Origin: Phallusia mammillata
Taxonomy: Eukaryota
Reading direction: 5' to 3'
NCBI GenBank assembly: GCA_965637545.1
Contig: OZ281495.1
Span: 31,806,001-31,870,000 of the forward strand
DNA: 64,000 nucleotides
Shown here: one piece after another, positions 23,901-38,427 of the stretch
Layout: each line of letters opens with the position of its first letter
Position numbering within the stretch: position 1 is the stretch's first letter
Made by a program: the position numbers and the translations under genes
Notes under the pieces: generated by a model
What the model was told of the DNA's origin: nothing
The model's input: the letters and a program-made list of their open reading frames with translations, nothing else
Database searches by the model: none

Positions 23901-25295
23901 GTGTTTACGTACGTGCATAAACCTTGAGCTCATGGGATCGTGTTGGGATTTGGAGTATTTTTGTGACAGAGTGAATTCCGCGGTTTTCACAGTCGAGCGC
24001 GACTCTTTCGTGTTGCGACAAACTTCAGAGTTATTAAGTTCGGATAAGAGTTAATCGTGTGCTATGTGTTTATTACGTAACAGTGATGCGAAAGAACGCG
24101 AAAAGGTTCGGTTGGATCAGTGGGTAATTGTGGATGCGAGGAAGATGGTGGGATGAGTGAAAAGTTTAAGTTGTGGCTTCTAAGCCTGTCTGGACCACAC
24201 ATGTTCAACCAAACAACAACACTATATCAAGCCTCGTCGCAACAAAGTTTCTTACTTTCTACCTTCTATCAAACCGCGACTTTATTAGGAAACATGCAAA
24301 ACACCAAATGCTCACAAATTTCTGATTACGACCTATTATCTAGTTTTGAACTAGAAAAATTTTAACTGTAGGCGCAGGATTGAAGATTTTTTTGCGTAAG
24401 ATTTGGTCTTTTAAGTTTAAACACAAAAACGAGGAGGGCAAAGGTGTCCTTTTCGGTAAAAATTGTGGCAGAAAGCAGAGTCTGCTTCAAAACGGTATCA
24501 ATGGCCAAAACATAAACATGACAAAGCTATATAATTGGCGACAGGTCTGGGCAAAATAGAATGTGCTATATTTTTATAATACTTATCTCTTTACGTCCAT
24601 TAGTATATTCGTCACAACCCTTCGACTAACAAGTTTTCTCGATGCAAATAGCCTCTTAAGTTCAAACGACCCTTTCCACAGAAACCGGATCCGCCTCTTA
24701 CCGCCGCGTCGGTGGCGCCCTGTTGTTCTTTCAGGTTCAAATCACAAGCCGCAAAAACACAGATAATCTTTCCCTTCCTCACAGACCCTTGCGGCACAAA
24801 ATCGATCACAAAAATTTAGTGAAACGACCATCGCATCCGGGGCCAGTGTACTTTCAACCGAAATAGAAAAATACAGGGTTTGGCTTTTCTATTTTATCCT
24901 GAGCGTTGTGGCGCGACTGGTAATGGCATTAGTGTTTTCACGCTCCAGCGGACTCGAACCTGTGCGGATCACGTATTTGTGTCCGGATGTGCACGATATT
25001 TTGAAGCCACCGATACGTGTACGACCTTAATCACAGCAAACAACGAATTTGTTTCAAGCCGATGATTCTGTAAATTTTGGTTGGCTTAATTGGGAAACAT
25101 CAAGGCGGGGTTATTCAGTGCATTTCCAGGCCAATGAGTTTACTTTAACGCCCAATAGTCTTCAGTTTATTTTGACAACGCAAGGGTCACGAAGAAAAAA
25201 AAGAATAGTTACGTTGGCACGTAAAGTTTACAAGTCTAAATACTCTGCACTTAAAAGTTATTTTTGTGTGGTTTTGTGACGAAGATTTAGAAACG

Positions 25296-25495
25296 TTTTT
25301 TTTTCATTTACTGGCGATTGGGAAAATTTTTGTTGTCGAAACAATTGATAGGTATTACAATATGGGCCAGTCTGATGGTCAAATAAATGAAACTTTCTTT
25401 TTTTTCATTTACTGGCGATTGCGAAAATTTTAGTTGTCGAAACAGTTGATAGAAGCATGCAATTCGGTATTTATGTATGGGCCAGTCTGATAATC
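25296..25495. repeat. ~101-bp tandem duplication
   Basis: CATTTACTGGCGATTG...GTCGAAACA...TATGGGCCAGTCTGAT at 25305 and 25406. Confidence 0.85.
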
Positions 25496-27579
25496 ATAAA
25501 ATTATCTGATCTTTAGAGTTTGCAGCTGTGACACTCCAGCACACATCATTCGATGCGTAAAAAGCATCAGTCTAAAAGGCTATGGTGTTATATTTGGTGT
25601 TTCATCTGCAAATATCCCACATACGGATCATGGCAAAATTTATTTGTCGAATCGTATTTGAAAAGCATGTCTTTTGTCAGCACAATATCGGATATTCAAA
25701 TCACCCGATTACTTGACTTTAAAGTTCGTCTCATTCAATGCGTAAAAAGCGTGGGGTTGTCTTTGACATTTTTACTTTTGTATTTTGTCTGAAATATATC
25801 CCACAGCTAACTTATATGTCACAAAATGTGTAAAATCATAAGCCTGTCGTTTAGTATGTGGACAAGTAAGATTATTCAAACTATATGGATATATGCTATA
25901 AGTAGAATACATAGCCTGGCGTACTTTGATATATGTACATACAATTTACATTATCCAATGCGTACAAATCAGGGTTCGTTGTGTGGCATTTTTGTGCTCG
26001 CTTCACTAAATATCCGACATTCCATAGAAAAAGGGGTATTATATGTTCCGGGGCATCTTGAGTCGGAGTTGATTAATCGTAGGATAATAGTAATCTAATT
26101 AGCTTCATTTAAGCGCGTGTTTACCTGGGCCAATTTGCTGATTCCTGTGTTTATCGTTTATCACAGTTCGCCGCCGCCTGACTGCCAAACATCTCTTCTT
26201 AGAAACGCTGTCGCCTACACCCAATGCGCCTCCGCGTTTCCAGCTGATCCAATAATATACAAAGCCCTCTCTGAGGTTTAACGCGCCGTTACCCACTTCT
26301 CGCTTCGTTACCCAGTCGTCGTTTATTATCCTTGGGGCTAATTTGCTTCGCGGCACGTGCCCAAACCACGCAAGCCCCCAGGGGTCCGCCTACCCGAGCC
26401 CCAAGTCGCGCGAGTTTATGCTTGGCGGAACAAACAAGCGGGGATCACTCTCTCGATGCAGAAACAACAACAAACGCGATCCCAGCTTGTCAATCCCAAC
26501 TCCTCCGTATAAACGTAGTGATTCTCGCGATAAGGGAATCTTAATTGCTTCGCAGATCAGAGGCGTCCGCGGGCCTTGAAACCCCTAAACCGGCGGCTAA
26601 TGGACTCGAAAGCAGACAATATCATTATGTCGTCACTTGACGTTCAAGCTCGCTGCTTCAGTGACGTGGACAAGGGTGCGCGCGCGTCCCAAGCGGTCGC
26701 GTTTTGACGGAGCAGGAATTTTAATAAGTTAAACGATGGATGTTGGTCCAGCGGGCGCGTCTGGGACCGAGTCACGGTCACGGGTTAACGATAAACTCGC
26801 CAAATCCGCGCCGGGGTCGCCTTAGGACGTGACAGACGCAGAAGAGTCAGCTTTCCCTCGGTGTGCGGTGCTTGATGGCTGATGGCGCCGTCCCTGGGTC
26901 CCACTTGACAAGTTCAGCCATCGGGTTTGGGCGATGAATGTGACAGTGAGGTCTCGAATTGCCCGAACGTCCTTAAAATGACCTTGAAACCCGATATTGT
27001 CTTACCCTTGGGTCGCTGGCGTTGTTTAGGCGCCTGACGATCGAGAAACGCCCGAAGCGCATGTCGCTGCCCCAACGCGATGCGCCTTCAAAGACAAACT
27101 ATATCAAAGCGACTAATCCTTCACAGTCGTGGGTAACGGCGTGCCCCAGGGTTTATTTGCCGACCGGCCCCCGGTGTGACATCGATATTCGGGGTCACGA
27201 TCTAGAATAAACGGGGGCTCGACGCGCGGGGGAGGCTGATGAACGAGCAGATGACCCAAGCGCAGAGACCCGGAAAACCCGCTTTTCGAAAGTGAAGAAG
27301 TATTTGTCCAATTAAGGTGACGTGGGACCTGACAAGGCGAGCATTGTCGTTCTGGAATTTTGCCGGGTCGTCGCGCGCGCGCTCGTCTCTTCTCTTTGTT
27401 TATCGAGTGTTCTTTTCAGCGATTGTTTTTCTTTTTGCCTTCTGGAACTGTGGGGCTACGGGTTTGGGGCAAGCGTAAACAGAAGTTCGCCTTATCTCAC
27501 TTGCGTGTCACTCGTTTTCTTGCGAGCCCCGGAGTTTTGTTGACGGGTCGGTCGTTAATATTTTGTCACTTCTTCGCAG

Positions 27580-27646
27580 AGGAACCGAAGACAAAGTGCG
27601 GACGGAACTTCCAAGAACCGAAGCTTCACCCCTCGCATCACCACTT
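27580..27646 (+). CDS. Candidate upstream exon of basonuclin (GTEDKVRTELPRTEASPLASPL)
   Basis: Polypyrimidine tract plus CAG acceptor and GTAAGT donor. Open frame ends in phase 0, compatible with the 40980 exon. No homology evidence, and it needs a further upstream exon for the ATG. Confidence 0.35.
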
Positions 27647-28189
27647 GTAAGTTTTTTTGGTGGTTTTATTTTATTAATATAATTTAAGTTTTCACCAATT
27701 AGAATTGATATAACATACTTTGTCAATTAAAAAAATATTTATTAAAACGTAGTTACCCTAATTTCAGCTAGGACAAGTTATTTGCCTGATTACAACTATA
27801 TTCAAAAGATTTGATTACTTTACTACAAAGTTTGGGAAACGTTTATTTCCTAAACATGTGATATATATATATAATGAAAGGAAATCGCTGCAACAATAGA
27901 GAACAAGGAATGAATTCCAGATTCAATTTACCAAGATTCGATTACTGTTCAGATTTTTTTGCATTTCGCTGCATAGTTGTATTGGTTTGTTACAATGTAA
28001 ACCACATCTGTTGTTTTACAGACCAATTTTGGCCTCTCATTAAAGTTAGAGAAAAATTTAATTGTGTTTAAATTTCGCTTGTGTAAATTTGCGCCTTGGG
28101 TATTATTTACCAGCGATTATCTGTTAGTTTGTAAACTTCGGTCGCTTGAACTTAAACAACGCCAAATTTCTGCCACCACAATGTGTTCA

Positions 28190-28410
28190 ACCTTGGTAGC
28201 GTTGATGTTAACTTGATGTGACATCGGACATCCGAAGGTCGCGGGTTCGAATCACGTTTTTGTCCGGCGAAAAAAACTGAACTCAACTTGGCAAAAAAAA
28301 AAAAAAATTTCGACTTTCAAACCGACTTGTTTGAACTGATAGATATGACAATGATGTTTTCATTGCTGTGGTAAACTTAATCTTTGGGTCGTGGGTTCAA
28401 TTCCCAACAG
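28190..28410 (+). mobile_element. Two tRNA-derived SINE fragments, the first followed by an A-rich tail
   Basis: GAAGGTCGCGGGTTCGAATC (~28236-28255) is followed by a long A run near 28293-28308. CTTAATCTTTGGGTCGTGGGTTCAATTCCCA (28376-28406) resembles the tRNA-Lys(CUU) 3' half. Confidence 0.55.
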
Positions 28411-31400
28411 CGGAACTTGTCAACTAAATTCACATTGATTAAATGTCGGCGCGCGATTCTGCCGAAAATCTCAAAAAACAGCATTTCTTTTCTTAATAAA
28501 ACATTACGAGCCAATATCTGAGCACAAAATATTAGTTCATTCAACGATGACTTAAATAAATGTAGACACGTGTTTTTTTTGTTTTTTACACAAATATTGA
28601 CTTATTTTTTCTTGCGGAGATTGTCTAGAACCGTGTAGTATGTACGTAAACGTTTTTTTCATTTCATTATTTTTGGGGAAAAACAATAACGGAACTGACT
28701 TTTACCTTCTATTTTTGGGATTTATGCTTTTCATGGGCGTCTCCCAAACTAGTGCGCTATATTTGATTATTTATTCTTTGACATTCTGCAACGCTTGTTA
28801 AGTGGCGCGCGCGCTGCAAAAGGTTGAGTGCTTAGCTGCCACGGAGCGGAGATTATACCTTATCTCAAATTCGATCGAGCTGCAACAATTACAGCGCCTC
28901 GAAGAAACGAACAAAAGAACAAGAATTGGACGCGATCACGGTTTAATCACGTGTCTTGGAGAGTGAAATCGCGTTGGTCGTTAAACAAGCGATTGTCGCG
29001 GGCCGATGTTCTATTTTTAACTCTTCTTGACAGGTGACAATTGGACGCGGAAAGGTCAAAGCCAACGCGAAATGACGTTAATTACACGTTCGAGAATTGT
29101 CACAGGTAATTTCGCGACATTTGGGTTAGGACTGATCAGAGCTTTGTTGCGGTGAAGAACCAGAACACGCGCGTTCCGCCGCCAGTTTCGCGCTGTCACG
29201 AAATTTCTGTGAAAAAAATTCCGCGACCGCGGTTTTTGCATGCTGGAATGTAATTGTCGCGTTTAGGAGATTCTAAAACTTCCCCCTTTCGCACTAAGAA
29301 ATATAAATTCCTTCTGAGGAAATTGACCTACATAGAAGCTTGTATTAATGGCGTACTATTAATAACTTTCAAGTGAAATTAAGAAAGTTGCTTGATAAAT
29401 GTTGCAGGGTGAGTCGATGACAAATTAGGTCTGACAGATTAAACATTTAAATATTAGTAAAACTTCCCTTGGGCATTTTAGTTTGTTGACTATAATATTC
29501 TATAAATGAAAGCTCAATTAATTCAACAAAAATGCCGTTGGAATAAGTCCCTGTTAAGAATGTGCAAACATGAATTTGGACAATGATTTTACACAGTTAA
29601 ACCGATCTGTCAATTGGTTGTTACATACACGTTAAAGATTGTGATAAAACTCCCAATACTCAGTATACTGTTGCAAGTAAAAGTTGAGCATCTGTAAACA
29701 AAATTGTTTCTTAAATTGCTGTGTTTTGCTGTTGTATAACTTTCCTTTTAAAGCGGCATGTGATTTTGCCTTTTTGAATGCCCTTGTGATCGCCGCAGCG
29801 CTTGTCAACACAGGAAATGTTGTCCACACATTAATGTTCTTCTAGCTGAACTATTTAAACCGCGCAACGAACAGAACGTTTTTGTTTACGGTATTAAAGT
29901 CCCATGTAGTAACGAATGCAAAATGCGTTGAAGTCTGCATTGATTTCCGCGTATTAGATAACTGTTAAATGAATAAAAACACACACAAGTAATGTTACAA
30001 AACCCACGATAACAATCCCTAGATGGCATTGGTGTTAATAAAACAAACTTTTTTTAATTGTCCCAGCCAAGTTACGTTCGCTAAGCTGAAGCACATTAAA
30101 AAGATTATGCAATTTTTACTCTTAGAGCCCATTTGACAACCAAGCGCGAAAACTCCAATAAAATATTTCTGAAACAAACTTTTTTGTTTATTTTAAACCA
30201 AGATATACTTTTTTCGCAATGTAGATTTGTTAACGATCAATTTCACAATAAGACTGCTCTGTAATTGCTGAAAAAAATGGACATCCTAATTGTGAATATT
30301 AATCATTAATTTTGCCATCTTGACTGCCAAGTGTTGTTTATAAACAATTAGACAAATCGAATTACTCTGTAGGCACCAATAAAGTGAGTTCTCGACCAAC
30401 TAAAGTGTTCGCTTGGTAAAATTGTCCAGAAAGGAATTATATCCAAGGTGTAGCAGACACTTTTTAAGAGTCAAGCGGTTGTTTAAGGTTTCTCCCGAAA
30501 GATTGGAATGCATCGCGGGCAAAAGGCGTCGCATTTTCGCGAAAAGAAACAGTTATCGGGTTATTAAACCTGATTAAGCCCTTGACGACTCTCAAAAATT
30601 CATAAACAAATCCGCCGCTTGGACGCGTTGACATTTGACGAGCGAAAAAGTTGAAGGTCAAATTCAATGTCACGCCTATTCAAAATGGCGACGATACTTT
30701 TCCTTGGGCCAAAATGGCGATAGAATCTTTGCTGATTATATTAATGCGATTAGTATAATAAAACATTATACGGTTTGACATGTCAGACATGGTAGAAACG
30801 TTACAATTTTTGCGAGTTACGACTGTGAAAGGACGACGCCTGATATTGTAAAAAGCGTGTCTTAACCGAATAGTTACGGAGAGTTGCAATTAAACGTTGA
30901 CATAAACGAAGCAACATAAACTCTTTAATTAAGTATAGTATAAGAGGAAATAAAAACTAAAAGAAGTAACTTTTGGGCATATTACTCAGCCATTACACTA
31001 TCTTAATGCTGATTAGGCATTTAACAGTATTAGGGTTCAGTTCGATGGCTTTTCTCGTGGATGAGAGCTTGTCGTGTTTTGTAAAATCTTTAAGTGAAAC
31101 TTGTAGCGCTGAACTAGCGGTTAGAAAAAAATAGTTACCAACTGACTTTGCATTTGATCCACGTAGCATGGACCGGCAGAGCTAATTTGCCGAAGTTTTA
31201 ATTGAGTGTCGAAATGTTGCAAATTAATTAGGAAAATGATTTTATGTGGTTGTTGTTTCAAATGTTATTTGTTGGAAGGTCAAAAATTTTGCACACAAAC
31301 GATTTTAATGTTAGTCTTAGTTGCGGATAAACTTGATGTACTAAAATAAAGAACTTTGTAAGACCATATATTACAAAATTGTCAATAAGAAGTAAATTTA

Positions 31401-32601
31401 AAGGTGATAAAAAACATGTATACCGTTTTTTCTGGTATTACGCAGATTGCCTCTGAATTCAAGTGTCAAAAAAGTTACACAAAAACTTTACCAAAACCAC
31501 TTCACACAAACGCCGAAACCGCCACGTTGCGCTTACGTGACAGTTTTAATTAATTCATCTCATTTGATGGACAAACTCGTATTCAATACAGCACTGTCAT
31601 CTCATAGCCATACATCATACGCTGATATATAATTACGCGAGACGGATTTTCTCGCACCGTGGTACGAAATATAATCAGCCAATCAGCGAGCCCGAATCCC
31701 ATCGCCGTCCGAAAGCAATTATTCTTTAAACCACGTGCAATTTACTCAAGATGGCCAACAGCTGGTCGTGAAACCTCTCTGACCAACTTAGAGATTTTGT
31801 CGACGAGTCGATGACTTTGCGTCGGAACGTTTACTTTCCCAACACGCGGTGTATAATCAAGAAAGCGCTAATAGCCTCCCATGTTTTGGCAATTGTTACC
31901 CTTTCCTAAGTCCCCGACGCTAATTCGGTCGCTTATCCTGTCACGTTGTTCCATAGAACGAGCAAATCGCGCGCCGCCTAAACCACAAGGTGACGCCCTA
32001 ACGAAACGCACCGCGTCACTATGACGCAATAATTAACTTCCGGACATGTTAGTGGTAATGACATCATCCAAGTAGGATTAAAAGTTTTGGAACCCGTGAT
32101 TTGCAGTAAATTAGGAGTTGATCCTGGCACTTGGTAAAATAAACGTCGGTTTTGTAATGCCGGTGACTGGTAGTTTTTAAATGCCAAATTCCATCACTTA
32201 AAGCCGCTGCATCAGGCTATAATCTATGGTAGGCTGGAATATTTAAGAAGAGGTCCCGATTTCACCAGCATAACTTACATGGAACCGCATATATTTGGCT
32301 GCTGGCAATATATAAACCAGAACAAAACTCCTCCTGTAAATTGCATAGGTTTGTAGAACAACTCAAGACAAATGATTTTTCTCCACCAGATATCTGCCAT
32401 TGATTAGTGCAGCAGCGCCACAACTTATATATACGATTGTGGCCAGATACATAATAAAAATCCCGTTTAATTAAACGCCACAGTATCACTTGGGGCTAAA
32501 ACTAACATTTCTCCAAATTATACGAAAATCTTAAAAACAAACATTAAATTTCCACAGATCCACAATCTGCAAGAAACTCAACTTAGAATCGCCTTAAGCT
32601 G

Positions 32602-32659
32602 TGACGTCACAATGCAGCGTGGAGCACGTGGTCATTTCTGTTTCATCGTATAATTCATG
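32602..32659 (+). promoter_or_regulatory. Candidate basonuclin promoter and ATG-only first coding exon
   Basis: TGACGTCA (32602-09) and CACGTG (32625-30), then ATG (32657-59) directly followed by a consensus GTGAGT donor. Phase 0 fits the Met-less 40980 exon. Confidence 0.4.
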
Positions 32660-33641
32660 GTGAGTTGTTGATGGACATGTAATATGTAAGTGGTGGTGGG
32701 GATATTAGTTGTATTTGAGTAAGCTGGAGTATTAGTTGAACATGGTGTTGGATTAGAAACGCATTGCGCCAAACAAGCAGGTTTCAGATTGCCATCATCC
32801 GATGCAGTAGTTGAATTTATGAGCGCCGGGAAGTAAGAACAAAAGGGAACACTTTCCCTTTTCCGTTTCGCTTTATAAAACGCGTATTTTATTTGTCATT
32901 TATCTTAAACAGTAGTTGGATTAAATACAAATTTCAATCCTTGATCGAGACATTAAGTGCGAAAAAGGAATTATATCAGCATCTTTGATAGATCTTGCGT
33001 TTTAACTTACACGGGTGTGCACGTTTACTCATCACTATTTGATGCACAGTAGAGTTTAACCGAGTTCAGGGTAACAAATTTGGCAATGCTCGTTAGTGAA
33101 TACTTGGAACGAAAGGTTAAGGTCAAAAATGTTCACAACCGACATACGAAAATTCCTACCATCCAAGACGACATGTAATAAATGTCGTTTCACTTGCATT
33201 TTCAAGTAGTTGGTGTCATATTTCAAATGCATGTAGTGATGTATGAATCATCTCCCAACCGGACAAATTAACGTCAATTGCGCCAAAGTTTAGTATGGTA
33301 ATTATTTGAGCCAAAGAGAAACAATGTACGAAATGTCGTTTCACTTATGAATCTATGGATCATAAAATTAGTTACACAACAGTTTCGCTTGTCACAAGGA
33401 GCGGAGGTGAATCATTCTGCATTCCAAGTCACCAAAACCCACAATTTAAATCCAGAGTTTTTCGACTTGACCTTTCTCGCTTCCTCTTTTGCTTGCACTT
33501 GACATTGGCCGCAAAACTCTGCTGAATTTTCGTCGTGGCGGTCCAATTCAACCACGTGGTCACGTTGTGCAAAGCTTGCACTTTTGGTTGGCGCAGGCGT
33601 GATTTTGCGGGAAGTTTTTTAACACGTTCTAAATTTTAAAC

Positions 33642-34090
33642 CAGCGGTTCTCAACCGGGGGTCCGCACAGCGTTTTCAGGGGGTCCGCGACAACTTCGGG
33701 AAAAACGAGATTGATAAATCGCGATTAAAAAAAAATCGCTTCAACGTGTTAAAATAGCATGAAACTTGTTTGAAAACGTTCTTCATAGGCGAAAACAAAA
33801 TGCATTGTGACATTATAACCCCATTGTGACGCAACAGACGTAAATTGTCAGTGGCAAACAACGTCACATCACAATGCAAGGTGTCTTTCTTGTTAGTGCA
33901 CAATGTCCAAACCCAAACCAAAGTGATTGAAATTTTGGTCCTGGACCGAACGTGGTCGGCATTTAATGCACCATGTATAGGTTGCTTGTTAATAAAAAAG
34001 TACAAAAAAGCACCTTCACCTTCAAGGGGTCCGCAATCAGATTACACTGTCGAAAAGGGTCCGCAAGGGCAAAAAGGTTGAGAACCACTG
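33642..34090. mobile_element. hAT-superfamily MITE, 449 bp, complete
   Basis: TIRs CAGCGGTTCTCAACC and GGTTGAGAACCACTG. 8-bp TSD TTTTAAAC at 33634-41 and 34091-98. Four subterminal GGGTCCGC repeats. Confidence 0.93.
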
Positions 34091-34395
34091 TTTTAAACGA
34101 ACCAGTTTGACATCTAAATCGCGTTTTATGTAACCTTTCCCACAAAGTGTGTACAATTGCATGGAAGATTACAATGGCATTTTTCTCGTTTGATGTTGAA
34201 TTGCGATGTAGTTAAAATTTTCCAACTTTATATGTAACTTGACGACACGGTTTTTCTCGCTTAAATGTGGGAATGTGGGAATGCTCAAGAGATCGGCTTG
34301 ATTCGGTATCACGCGTTCAATAAGCCTGGCGTACTACGATTCACTTTCAATTAAAGTTTGCCAATTAAGTTTCAATTAAAAAAAATCATCGTAAC

Positions 34396-34824
34396 CGAGC
34401 GTAAAGAGAACTAAAACCACTTTACTACCTTGTTTACCAAGAAGTTACTTTTAAAGATTAATACCATCAAATTTTCAGTTTTTTAGTTCACTATATCAAA
34501 TTCATTAAAAGTTTACATGCTTTGCTTTACAATTACTCTACGATGAAACATAAAGAAAAGAAACCCATTTTATCTCTTTGTTCATTACAAAAAATTACTT
34601 TCAAGGAATAATAACATCAAATTTTTTAGTTCGCCATATCACATTAAATTGAAACTCGCCTAACTTTACAATCCTTCCAAGATGAACGTAGAGAAAACCA
34701 TTTCACCACTTTGTGTATCACAAGACCACTATATCAGCAAATTTTTTTACCAAATCACATTGAATTCAGTTTGCCTTACCTTACATGTAAGCATTGCAAT
34801 CCTCCTAAGATCGAGCGTAAAGAG
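34396..34824. repeat. Old degenerate ~140-bp tandem repeat (~3 units)
   Basis: CGAGCGTAAAGAG at 34396 and 34812, with recurring ACCA-TTT and CATCAAATTTT blocks at ~130-147-bp spacing. Confidence 0.6.
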
Positions 34825-37800
34825 GTTAATCAATGTGGGAATGTCAGAGGTCGAATTGTCGCGCTAGAGTTTTGTTTATTTATTGTTGAGATTGGAGGAA
34901 TTGATAGTGAGAAGCTGATCACTGTTTGGTGTTCAGCTGGAATGTCTGTTACTCGCTTAATTCGGTTGTGTTGTTTGTTTGTTAAACTTTGGGACGCCCT
35001 TTACTTTGCCTGACGCCTAATTGCAAAGTATTTTACACAGCTGCACTTAGGTTGGTGATTATAGTAAATATTTCTCGTACGTGGCCCAGAAAACATTAGA
35101 ATTAATTGGAAATCAGTTTTAATTAGCCCAACATTTTGGTCTTGCCAATTTGGGTTGAGTTTATTTTGTTTGGTAAAATGAATTATCGACATGTTTAAGT
35201 TTGCAGCAACAAGGGTTCTTTGTTTAAGTGTGTTGTATAACTCGGCTTAAACTCAACGCCAACGGGCAATGCAAAATAAGAAGGCACTCTTGTCATTACT
35301 AATTGCTCAGTTTTCTTTGACATTTAGGATTTTCACTGTAACCAAGGGATATAAGTACAAATGTGGCGCTGGAAACTATATCTATAAGACATATTGTAGG
35401 GTCGAATTCTAAAACTAGGACACAATTCACAAATGCTAAACACAATTCACAAAGTACAAATGCACCCCAGCAAGTGAAAGGGTGGTAAGTGATGTTTAAT
35501 TGCCTCTATATTGTGGTCTGTGCAAAACGTTGGACTCTAAACGGACACAATGGCTAAACCAACAACAAGACGAAATACTGTCAGCTCTAGGTTCAAATTA
35601 AGTTCAGCAAATTTTGCCATCCACGTGCTGGTATACAATGATCGAGTCTTATGTGGCTGATCCATGCAAAGTCTGTCGTGGGTCATCACAGTCAGAAATG
35701 AGTTGCAAGATTATCTCGTTGAGATATCGGCCAGCAACGAGCCCGGTGTGCAGGTCGCGAAAGTGTCTTGTTTGTTTTTGGTTGCGCAACGACATTTTCG
35801 AAGCTCTACTACCGAGAAACGAAGGGCCATGTTTCGGTTTGCTCCATAACGTGCAACTTGACTTTGCGAGGCCAGAAATAGTTTGAAAACTCTTTGGCCT
35901 ACCTTTTAGATTTTTTTGTGCCTTTACACCTTGAATATTTGCTTAGTCAAGACTTTTGAAGACAAATTAATTCCACCACAATTTTGAGGAAAAAGTCGTC
36001 TTTTGAGCAAGAAATTGTCAATTTTTGTGTGGAAAACAACGTTTTGTGACATTGCTGCTGGCCACGTCAAGTAAATCACACCATACAAGCGTTGATAAAC
36101 CGAATTGTTGACCTCAACGCAACAAATCAATTGTGGCAGATTTTGCATCACGCCACATAGTGCATTTTAACCTTTTTAAAAATTCGAGTTTCATTATCTG
36201 AACGTAGCCTATTTCCGTCCAAAGCGAGTCTTTATCTGCAAAACTTGTGACACTTTTTCTTTTAAAGTCGACTCCAAGGAATAAAACATTCACAAACTTT
36301 CAAGTAGCCGACGAATAATTTCAACGCCTTCCAAACCGACGCATGTTTCTTTTCAAACCAGCTTCGTTAACGTTTTACTGTCGCGCCGTCGCCGACACGT
36401 TTACATTTGCTGCAAACACGCGCGATATAAAACGTCGACATCAAAGTCAAAATTCGAGATCTCCCATAAGCGACTGATCTATAACGTCACAAAAGCAAGA
36501 GGGGAGATGGTCGCAGTGCGCATACGCCAATAGGAATTCCATACGCAAGTTGTGGAAACCTAAAAGCAACTACTGAAAATCGAGGCAAATTTAAACAAGA
36601 AAAGCACGTGTGACCTTATAAGCTGTATTTGACCTTGAAATGTTAAAGCCAGAACAAAAAAAAACGTATAGCCATGGCCTACACTAGGATAGACTCCAAA
36701 AACAAAGAAATTGGTTATAAATGTTGTTGGAAAAAAGCTAAAAACACCCTGTTTGACCTTGAGTGGTGATTTTAACCTTGAAATGTCAAAGTTTAAAAGC
36801 ACACTTGAAATTAACGAGTGGGTAATTCTGCGTGGGTCAACGGCGGAACATCAGTTATCACAGCAGGGTTCAAGTGCCTTCTAACCCCGCCGACCAGTAG
36901 CGATGGACTCGGGGTAGAAAGGAACAAACACGCTTGGGTTTGTTGCCTTGCAGAAAAAGATTAACTTCTTAAGTCGCCGTCGTTGGGCAGGAACGCGGAA
37001 AATTGTCAGCACATAGACAGTGCTGTGGCCACGCATGGGTTGAGCAGACCTTAACCTTAAGCAGAAAGCGCAAAGGACTGGAAAACTTCGCGATGCCAAG
37101 TCGGTGTGGTCTAGAGTGAGTCAAGTCACCCATCACTGATCCAGCTCGGTCAACGCCCGCCGCTTGTACACAGACACTTCAAAGTGAAATGGAGCCCAAC
37201 GATTCGTCACGTTCGCTAACTTTCATAAACAAGTCGAAATATCAGGCGGTACAGGGAACACTGTTCTGTATACTGGAAGAGATCTTTGCTAACTTGCTCA
37301 TAGCGGGTTGGAGATTAGGCAAACTTAAAGTGTCAAAGGCTGTCAGTCTGTTTCCAGCGCAAAGCATTCCTTTGGCTTTGCCAGTTTATGGAATTTCAAC
37401 TTGGCAGTTTTATAAATAAAGCACAAACAAATTGTTTGCTTCACAAAGCGAAAAATACTACAAAAACGACTGGTAATTAGTCGGCCTTCTTTGCTGTATT
37501 TGTAAAACAAAAACAAACAAAATTTTTGTGTGATACGACTTCATGATGAGAAAAGGCTTATTGTTGCAGTTGTGACTTATAATCGACTAAAAATGTTATC
37601 TCACCCCGTAAACATTCTATGTCATCCGTCTCTTGAAAAAAATGCACGTATATCGCATGTTGTCAAGAATATTTGCCGTTATCTAATCCATAATTTGAAT
37701 TTTATTGGGTCTTTGCAGTAATAAAAAATACCCAGAACGTGCACACAATACTGGATACAAAAGATTTGAGCAACAGCACAAGCGCTTGTCACTGCATGGG

Positions 37801-38285
37801 ACAGAAAGCCCTCTCCCGTCCGTCGAACAGCGACGAATTCTTGCCTTATCTCATTCACCAACTTGGGCACAAAATCTTGTCACGCAGATAAGGAGCGACA
37901 AGTTTTGAGGACTGCCTCCCTCTCTTGTCCAAACTTTAGACATTCCTCTCGGCTTTGGTCGTATCCGAGCATGCCTTACATGGCGCGCTGCGGCTGCCGG
38001 TAGCTGGGGCTTGTGGGAGCAAGAAATCAGTGTATTTTCAACTGATGCATGTCCGCCCTAATTGCCCTGATAGGCCTTGATGCACTAAAGCAGTGAAATA
38101 AAGTCTAGTTTGAAATGAAATCAACCTTAGTGTAGTAGTTTTCCGGTGATTACTGTTCTATACATCAATATAATCCAAAACCCCGTGAGAATACTGTGTA
38201 CAACGGTCGATTATGTTTGGCCCCGGGTTTGGTGGGTTTAGGATTCTAAAGCAGTTAATCAATGTAGTGTTGTTGCTAGACATAC

Positions 38286-38427
38286 TTTATAAACTTTTCG
38301 TTTTGTTCAACCGTCAAATATAAACAAATCATCCGACGTTTCGACGTCTCATAATGGGCGTCTTCATTAGGAAACGTCGGGTGATTTGTTTATACTTTCC
38401 CGTTAAACAAAAAGGAAAGTTTATAAA
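38286..38427. mobile_element. Inverted repeat (~57-bp arms) around a minimal hammerhead core; Penelope-like remnant
   Basis: Arms at 38286-38342 and 38371-38427. Minus strand reads TTC-CTAATGA-A-GACG...CGTC-GAAACGTC-GGA (G5>A, otherwise canonical). Confidence 0.8.

Noticed and set aside
27085-27125. SRFDIV peptide on the minus strand resembling the MCM arginine finger
   Set aside because: Flanked by stops, with no Walker A/B motifs nearby; chance match.
27170-27210. Hairpin plus CTAG resembling a Helitron 3' end
   Set aside because: Followed by A rather than T, hairpin is loose, and no 5' TC end could be identified.
37110-37170. 5S rRNA-like GTCACCCATC..ACTGATCCAGCTCGG on the minus strand
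   Set aside because: Similarity is short and gapped; cannot support 5S or SINE3.
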